A DNA stretch of 54,714 nt, taken from the NCBI GenBank assembly GCA_943324415.2, contig CALPLN020000001.1, forward strand, positions 1 through 54,714. Reading direction: 5' to 3'. Position numbers and translations under genes: made by a program. Shown in pieces: positions 49,131 through 54,714 of the stretch. This stretch comes from Sediminibacterium ginsengisoli. Lineage in GTDB: Bacteria; Bacteroidota; Bacteroidia; Chitinophagales; Chitinophagaceae. The notes below the pieces were generated by a model that saw nothing but the letters and a program-made list of their open reading frames with translations, did not search any database and was not told the DNA's origin. Positions within the stretch are counted from its first letter, which is position 1; the number at the start of each line of letters is the position of its first letter.

Positions 49131-50462
49131 CTAAGCAGTCTTTTTATAGTAGAAGATGCGGTACAATACCAAAACAATGGCCACCAAGATGACGGCAGTC
49201 AGCGCTGCATAAGGCTTATCAATCACAACTGCCACTGCCACAAAAGCGTAAGAAAGCACGAAAAGAACACAAAATAGAGGCGTCCAACGCTTTAATCCAC
49301 CTGTAACAGAGGCATCCCCCTGCTTTTTACGTCTTAATATAAGTAGCGTAGCAGCAGAAGTACTCATCCCTAGGCAATCCAAGAAGATGCTAAAACTTAA
49401 TACATCATCTACCCCTTTACCAAAAAAAGTAATCAAGATGGTTGTAATGGCAAAAACAGTTAATCCAGGAACTAAAGCATCTGTTTTTGAATGCTTTTTT
49501 TGAAATACTGCAGGCAATACTTTATCCTCGCTCATCGCAAACATCACCCTTGGATTACTCATTAATATGACATTCACGTAAGCCAATACACTTAAGACCA
49601 TCGCGAAGTCAAAAACTTTGGCACCTAATTTGCCAAACCATGCTTCAAATAAAAGCGATCCAATCGCATTTGCGTTTTTTATATTATCAAAACCAATCAC
49701 TTTTACATACGTATAATTGATTGCTAAGTATAAAAACAACACCAACAAAATACCAATCACAATACCTCTTTGCATGGTCTTTGCAGAACTAACTTCTGCA
49801 CCAAAATTAATTGTTTGTTGATATCCTCCGTAGGTAAAAAATACCGCCACTAAACTGACCATCAATAACAATACCCCATTGGTGCCATCATACACATACA
49901 CTTTACCTTCATTGAATCCATGCGGCGCCACACTCACCCCTTTAAATAATGAGGTAATCAATAAAAGAATTAAACTAATTTTTACAACCATCAACACATT
50001 CTGCGTTCTACTACTTGTTTTTAATCCTAATAAATTAACGATATAAAATAGTCCAACCGAAAAAGAGGCGACCCCAATATTGAATAAAGTGCCAGAAGGT
50101 CTTCCAAATAATAAATCACTCACATAATCTGCACCAATTAATGCCACTACCGCTAAAGAAGCTGCATTGCTAATTAAAATCAATACATTAATCGTAAAAC
50201 CCACACCTGGGTGATAGCAATGTGCAAAAACTTTATAGTAACCTCCCATCACAGGTAAGCGCTGTCCAATTTCCGCATAGGTTAAAGCACCAAACAAAGC
50301 AATGATGCCTCCAATGATCCAAGCACTAAAGAAAATGAGTGGCGTGCCAGACTTAGCAGCAATGGTAGCAGGGGTTTTAAAAATACCCATCCCAATCACT
50401 AAGCTTACCACAATCATGGTTAGGCTAAAAAAATTGATGCTTTGTTTTGCTCTTGTACTCAT
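49131..50462 (-). CDS. APC family amino acid permease
   Basis: IGMGIFKTP, GALTYAEIG, GGYY, FFTYGGY, PRVMFAM; about 12 TM. Start at MSTRAK; TAAGTTTG at 50502-50509. Confidence 0.92.
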   Translation of the reverse strand: MSTRAKQSINFFSLTMIVVSLVIGMGIFKTPATIAAKSGTPLIFFSAWIIGGIIALFGALTYAEIGQRLPVMGGYYKVFAHCYHPGVGFTINVLILISNAASLAVVALIGADYVSDLLFGRPSGTLFNIGVASFSVGLFYIVNLLGLKTSSRTQNVLMVVKISLILLLITSLFKGVSVAPHGFNEGKVYVYDGTNGVLLLMVSLVAVFFTYGGYQQTINFGAEVSSAKTMQRGIVIGILLVLFLYLAINYTYVKVIGFDNIKNANAIGSLLFEAWFGKLGAKVFDFAMVLSVLAYVNVILMSNPRVMFAMSEDKVLPAVFQKKHSKTDALVPGLTVFAITTILITFFGKGVDDVLSFSIFLDCLGMSTSAATLLILRRKKQGDASVTGGLKRWTPLFCVLFVLSYAFVAVAVVIDKPYAALTAVILVAIVLVLYRIFYYKKTA

Positions 50463-50583
50463 ACTAATTCGCTTTAAACATTTTCTTAAATATAAATGTA
50501 GCAAACTTATTGGGAGTTTTCAACAATGAGTTGATAATTAAATCATCCCACTATTTTAAAAGAGAATAAGTTTGTTACAGATT

Positions 50584-50730
50584 AGGTTCATGTAAATGAT
50601 TAAAAGGGAATCCCGTTCAAACCGGGAGCTATTCCCGTAGCTGTAAGTTCGATGTGAAAGCATCAAGACAATTCCACTGAAGCAATTCGGGAAGGATGTC
50701 TTTGAGAAGAACGAGCCAGAAGACCTGCCT
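50584..50730 (+). ncRNA. Cobalamin riboswitch
   Basis: AGGTT...TAAAAGGGAATCCCGTTCAAACCGGGAGCTATTCCCGTAGCTGT...CCACTG...GGGAAGG...AGCCAGAAGACCTGCC (B12 box); promoter TAAGTTTG at 50567-50574; upstream of a TonB-dependent receptor. Confidence 0.95.
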
Positions 50731-50851
50731 GATTGATAGAAATCAACAGCTTTCGGGTAAAAAGCAAGGATTGTATTATATTTTGGCTTGCCAAAATCTC
50801 TTATGGTTCTCTTATTCCAGGAAGCTCATTGTTCACTCAAAAAACAAAACA

Positions 50852-52777
50852 ATGAGCAAAAAAATCATCACGCTCTCGGTGTGCCTTTTCGCCACCACAA
50901 GCCTAGTCTTTGGGCAACAAAAAGACACCACTAAAACAACCCAATTGGAGGATGTCATTGTGACTGCCAATAAAATTGAGCAGAAACAAAACGGAACAAG
51001 TAAAGTCATCACCGTAATTACAGCAGCGCAAATTCAACAAAATGCAGGAAGAACCATTGCACAAGTGTTGAACGAACAAGCCGGATTAAGCTTGCCAGGG
51101 ACTTTAAGCAATTTAGGAACTGTACCCAGTATTTACATGCGAGGTGCGGCTTCTGGAAGAACATTGATTTTATTAGATGGCGCACCTGTTGGTGACCCTT
51201 CCATGATCAGCAATGAATTTGACTTGAACCTTGTTCCATTGAACCAAGTGGAGCGTATTGAAATCTTAAAAGGTGCACAAAGCACCCTATATGGTTCTGA
51301 CGCGATTGGCGGTGTCATCAATATCATTACAAAATCAAAAGGAGTGCCGTTTGTGACAGGCGCATTAAGCTATGGTAGCTATGGTACCAAACAAGGCAAC
51401 TTACAGTTCAATAGCAATATCAAGAAATTGAATTATACCATTGGATTTGAAAATCAAAATGCAGATGGTTTTTCTTCAGCAAAAGATATCACCAATAAGG
51501 CCAACTTTGATAAAGATGGCTATCAGAACAATAGCTTTTTTGTGAAGGCTAAATACCAGATTGATTCACTTTGGAACTTGCAGGTATCAAGCAGAAAAAC
51601 CGCTTACAAATCGGCCATTGATTATGGTGGCTTCAAAGATGACAAAGACAACGAATTCAAAAATGCTACCACTGTGAGCGGACTTGTTTTGCAATATAAA
51701 AAAGCTAAAACAACTTTTCAAGTACAATACCAGTTTACCACTCAAGACAGAACTTATTTGAATGATAGCACAGATAGAGCCTACTTGATTTACGAGAACA
51801 ATCAATATGCAGGAAAGACCCATTTTGCAGACGTCTTTTTATCTACGCCAATCCATAAAAATGTACAATGGATTGTTGGTACAGATTTTAGATATGGATC
51901 TTACAATCAAACCTATGCATCCATTAGCCAATGGGGGCCCTACAATGATGCATTTAAAGACACCTTCCAATTTCAGAACGCATTGTATACATCGGTTTTA
52001 ATCACTGACAATACAAAAAAATGGTTACTAGAATTAGGTGGAAGATATAACAACCACAATCGTTTTGGCAACAACCAAACATTCACATTGAATCCTTCTT
52101 ATGCATTGAATGACCAAGTACGTTTGATTGCAAGTGTATCCACTGGATTTAAAGCACCATCCCTTTATCAAATTAGCTATAATGACCAATTAAAAGCTGA
52201 AACTTCATTCAATACAGAGTTCGGTATATCATTTAGAAAAGGACAAGTATTCGCGAGGGCAGTCTACTATAACAGAAAGATTGAAAACGGAATTGATTAC
52301 AATTATATCGATTATAACTTCTTTAATTTTATCCAACAAAAAGTACATGGAATAGAGATTGAAGTACAACATCCTATCAATGATCAGCATCAGTTTTCAG
52401 CGAACTATACGCTAATGAATGGACAAGAAACCAATCAAAATAGGATCACCACCACCGATACGATTACATATAATTATTTATTAAAAAGACCAAAACATAG
52501 CTTGAATCTTCAATGGCAGTATACCATCAATAAAAAATGGAATGCTAGCCTAACAGGAAGATTCATTAGCGAACGTAAGGACGTGGGCGGTTATGCTACT
52601 CCAGATGTGACATTAGGATACTATACCCTATTAAATGCAAGTTTGCAATACAAATGGAGCAAGCGTATAGTCTTATTTGCGAATGGACAAAATCTACTCA
52701 ACGACAACTTTAGTGAAATCAGTGGCTACAATGCCATTGGGAGGATGGTGCAATTTGGAATAAGACTCCAATTTTAA
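50852..52777 (+). CDS. btuB: TonB-dependent vitamin B12 receptor BtuB-like
   Basis: Signal peptide MSKKIITL, EDVIVTAN TonB box, ERIEILKGAQSTLYGSDAIGGVINI plug, C-terminal Phe; downstream of the riboswitch. Confidence 0.88.
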   Translation: MSKKIITLSVCLFATTSLVFGQQKDTTKTTQLEDVIVTANKIEQKQNGTSKVITVITAAQIQQNAGRTIAQVLNEQAGLSLPGTLSNLGTVPSIYMRGAASGRTLILLDGAPVGDPSMISNEFDLNLVPLNQVERIEILKGAQSTLYGSDAIGGVINIITKSKGVPFVTGALSYGSYGTKQGNLQFNSNIKKLNYTIGFENQNADGFSSAKDITNKANFDKDGYQNNSFFVKAKYQIDSLWNLQVSSRKTAYKSAIDYGGFKDDKDNEFKNATTVSGLVLQYKKAKTTFQVQYQFTTQDRTYLNDSTDRAYLIYENNQYAGKTHFADVFLSTPIHKNVQWIVGTDFRYGSYNQTYASISQWGPYNDAFKDTFQFQNALYTSVLITDNTKKWLLELGGRYNNHNRFGNNQTFTLNPSYALNDQVRLIASVSTGFKAPSLYQISYNDQLKAETSFNTEFGISFRKGQVFARAVYYNRKIENGIDYNYIDYNFFNFIQQKVHGIEIEVQHPINDQHQFSANYTLMNGQETNQNRITTTDTITYNYLLKRPKHSLNLQWQYTINKKWNASLTGRFISERKDVGGYATPDVTLGYYTLLNASLQYKWSKRIVLFANGQNLLNDNFSEISGYNAIGRMVQFGIRLQF

Positions 52778-52811
52778 CTTAGACTAATTAGAATGGGTTA
52801 GTAAATTGCAT

Positions 52812-52846
52812 AAAAAAGCTTTGTATCTTCATACAAAGCTTTTTTT
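52812..52846 (+). terminator. Hairpin/terminator after btuB, abutting the marC start codon
   Basis: AAAAAAGCTTTGTAT-CTTC-ATACAAAGCTTTTTTT followed directly by ATG. Confidence 0.75.
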
Positions 52847-53425
52847 ATGGTATTCAAAATAGACGAACTCCTTACAATTGTCTTTACTTTATTCGCTGTG
52901 ATTGATATTGTGGGATCTATCCCATTGTTGATCTCAATGAAAGAAAAAGTGGGGGTCATTAAATCCTTTAAAGTAACCTTGATCTCTGGTGGATTAATGA
53001 TCTTATTCTTGTTTTTAGGAAAACCGTTTTTGCAAATACTAGGATTGGATGTAAAGTCCTTTGCCGTAGGAGGATCTATTGTGATTTTTCTATTAGGATT
53101 AGAAATGGTATTAGGTCATGAGATATTTAAAGGTGATAAAAACGAACACTCCGGAGCAGTTGTGCCTATTGCATTCCCAATTATTGCAGGGAGTGGCACA
53201 TTGACTACGATTATGTCCTTAAAGGCCAATTATGAAGAATCCTATATTGCAGCAGGGATTATTATTAATTTAGTGATAGTCTATATTGTATTAAAATCCC
53301 TGAACTTTATTGAACGTATGCTTGGCCCAGGAGGCTTATTGGCTGTTCGTAAATTCTTTGGTGTAATCTTATTAGCCATTGCGGTTAAAATCTTCTCAAG
53401 CAATATCGCAGCATTGAAGAAATAA
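52847..53425 (+). CDS. marC: MarC family membrane protein
   Basis: LFAVIDIVGSIP, SFAVGG, VPIAFPIIAGSG, RKFFGVILLAIAV. Confidence 0.9.
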   Translation: MVFKIDELLTIVFTLFAVIDIVGSIPLLISMKEKVGVIKSFKVTLISGGLMILFLFLGKPFLQILGLDVKSFAVGGSIVIFLLGLEMVLGHEIFKGDKNEHSGAVVPIAFPIIAGSGTLTTIMSLKANYEESYIAAGIIINLVIVYIVLKSLNFIERMLGPGGLLAVRKFFGVILLAIAVKIFSSNIAALKK

Positions 53426-53429
53426 AAAA

Positions 53430-54714
53430 TTACAAACTCAATTTAGCCTGAAGTACATAATTTCTACCAAGCGAAGAAATACCACTTGCAAAATATCGAT
53501 AATTTAGGTCGGCTATGTTTTCAATTTGAAAACTTAAGCTTACTTTTTTATTCACCTGATAGCTTGTGTTGATATTCCAAATTTGCCAACCCGGCATTCC
53601 ATCCTTAGTGGCGTATATTTCGTTGTCTTCTCCATTTAAATTGTAATCCGCAATACGCTTCCAACCATTAAACACCGTGAATAGTTCTGCCGAATACTTC
53701 TTTATATCATGCTTCAATCCAATCCTCCCATAGGCTGGAGGGATATGGTCTAAAGGCATTTCTGTATTGGAGCCATTCGTCGCAGTGTGCTTATAATTAC
53801 CTTTTGTATAAGAATAGGTTGCAGCTAAAATGGTATTAGCAGTTAGATTTACAGACCCATTTACATTAAAGCCATACACAACTGCTTTTGCCTTATTCTG
53901 CGTTGCATATACATCGCTCATTACACCTTGATAAAGGATCTTACTGGCATTGTTCCATTTGAATTGATCTACCACCAACGCATTTTTAAACCAGGTGTAA
54001 AAAAGAGAAGCACCAATACTATAGGTAGCAGCTGTTTTTGATATATTCAATTCTGCATTATATGTATACTCTGGTTTTAAGTCTTTGTTAGGAACAACTA
54101 CATATCCAGTCCTAGTATCAAATACTTTAGTTAAATCATCCACATTGGGCGCTCTAAAACCACTACTTACCCCAAATGCAACTCTTAATCCATCTGTCCC
54201 ATTGTAGGTCATCCCTAAGTTGCCCGTAACTGCAGTATTATTTTGTTTGGCATCCGTAAATGGAAAATGCATCAGCGCCGTGTCTTTGAAGTTTGCATTC
54301 AATTGCACATTGTTCATACGTATGCCACTATTCAATACCCAATTGCCTACCAAAAACTGAGTATGTTGCGCATAAATTGCATGATTGGCCATATTGGTTG
54401 GCCCATCACTATACCTTGTTGTAATCGGAGTGCGCATATTAGTTGAAATATTATTTCGATAAGCTGTGGAGCCCACTATATTATAATATGACTCCATGCC
54501 AAGATGCAGTTCACTTGATTTTCCAACATGCAATAGATCCATGTTTAACCCGACTAAATCAACCGCTTCAAACCTGTAATCCTTGTTATTTGACTTGAAC
54601 TTTCTACTTATCCTACTCTCCTCTAAATGCTGGTAGTTGACATTCGCAGTGAACTCCTGAAAATAGCCATTCAATTGCTCTTTAGTCAATTTATACCCAA
54701 CCATATTTCGAACC
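53430..54714 (-). CDS. TonB-dependent receptor, C-terminal barrel (heme/hemoglobin receptor-like; 5'-truncated)
   Basis: GFRAPNVDDL and PNKDLKPE (FRAP/NPNL-like), IENIADLNYR; frame open to the window edge. Confidence 0.85.
   Translation of the reverse strand, partial: VRNMVGYKLTKEQLNGYFQEFTANVNYQHLEESRISRKFKSNNKDYRFEAVDLVGLNMDLLHVGKSSELHLGMESYYNIVGSTAYRNNISTNMRTPITTRYSDGPTNMANHAIYAQHTQFLVGNWVLNSGIRMNNVQLNANFKDTALMHFPFTDAKQNNTAVTGNLGMTYNGTDGLRVAFGVSSGFRAPNVDDLTKVFDTRTGYVVVPNKDLKPEYTYNAELNISKTAATYSIGASLFYTWFKNALVVDQFKWNNASKILYQGVMSDVYATQNKAKAVVYGFNVNGSVNLTANTILAATYSYTKGNYKHTATNGSNTEMPLDHIPPAYGRIGLKHDIKKYSAELFTVFNGWKRIADYNLNGEDNEIYATKDGMPGWQIWNINTSYQVNKKVSLSFQIENIADLNYRYFASGISSLGRNYVLQAKLSL

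Noticed and set aside
50696-50851. N-terminal extension of the btuB ORF
   Set aside because: It runs through the riboswitch; the signal peptide starts at 50852.

Overview
AT-rich, gene-dense Bacteroidota chromosome segment, with protein signatures and gene order suggesting Chitinophagaceae (inference). It is almost entirely core genes: partial pdxA, a LolA-like/ABC-2 cassette, a split F0F1 operon (atpB-E-F-H-A), rel, purA, mltD-like, gatA, tatA, rplS, rny, zapA, pheT, dnaB, rsmE, a YghO/bCerS-like GNAT, dnaX, yciH, gpmI, engB, uvrC, the gldKLMN T9SS/gliding motor, hemD-like, hemW, gpsA, a TolC/MFP pair, an APC permease, a cobalamin riboswitch with btuB, marC and a partial TonB-dependent receptor. 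I saw no mobile element, prophage, CRISPR, tRNA or rRNA. The most interesting signals are four. (1) The gldKLMN motor keeps its proton-path residues, but GldK has no lipobox cysteine and apparently lacks other family cysteines, and porP is absent. (2) An 11-bp-phased array of DnaA-box-like 9-mers lies between divergent pheT and dnaB (candidate oriC or DnaA control site). (3) An A10 slippage site in dnaX has immediate stops in both shifted frames. (4) Many Bacteroidota -7 promoter elements sit 4-9 nt from start codons (near-leaderless mRNAs). All product calls come from motif recognition, not database searches.
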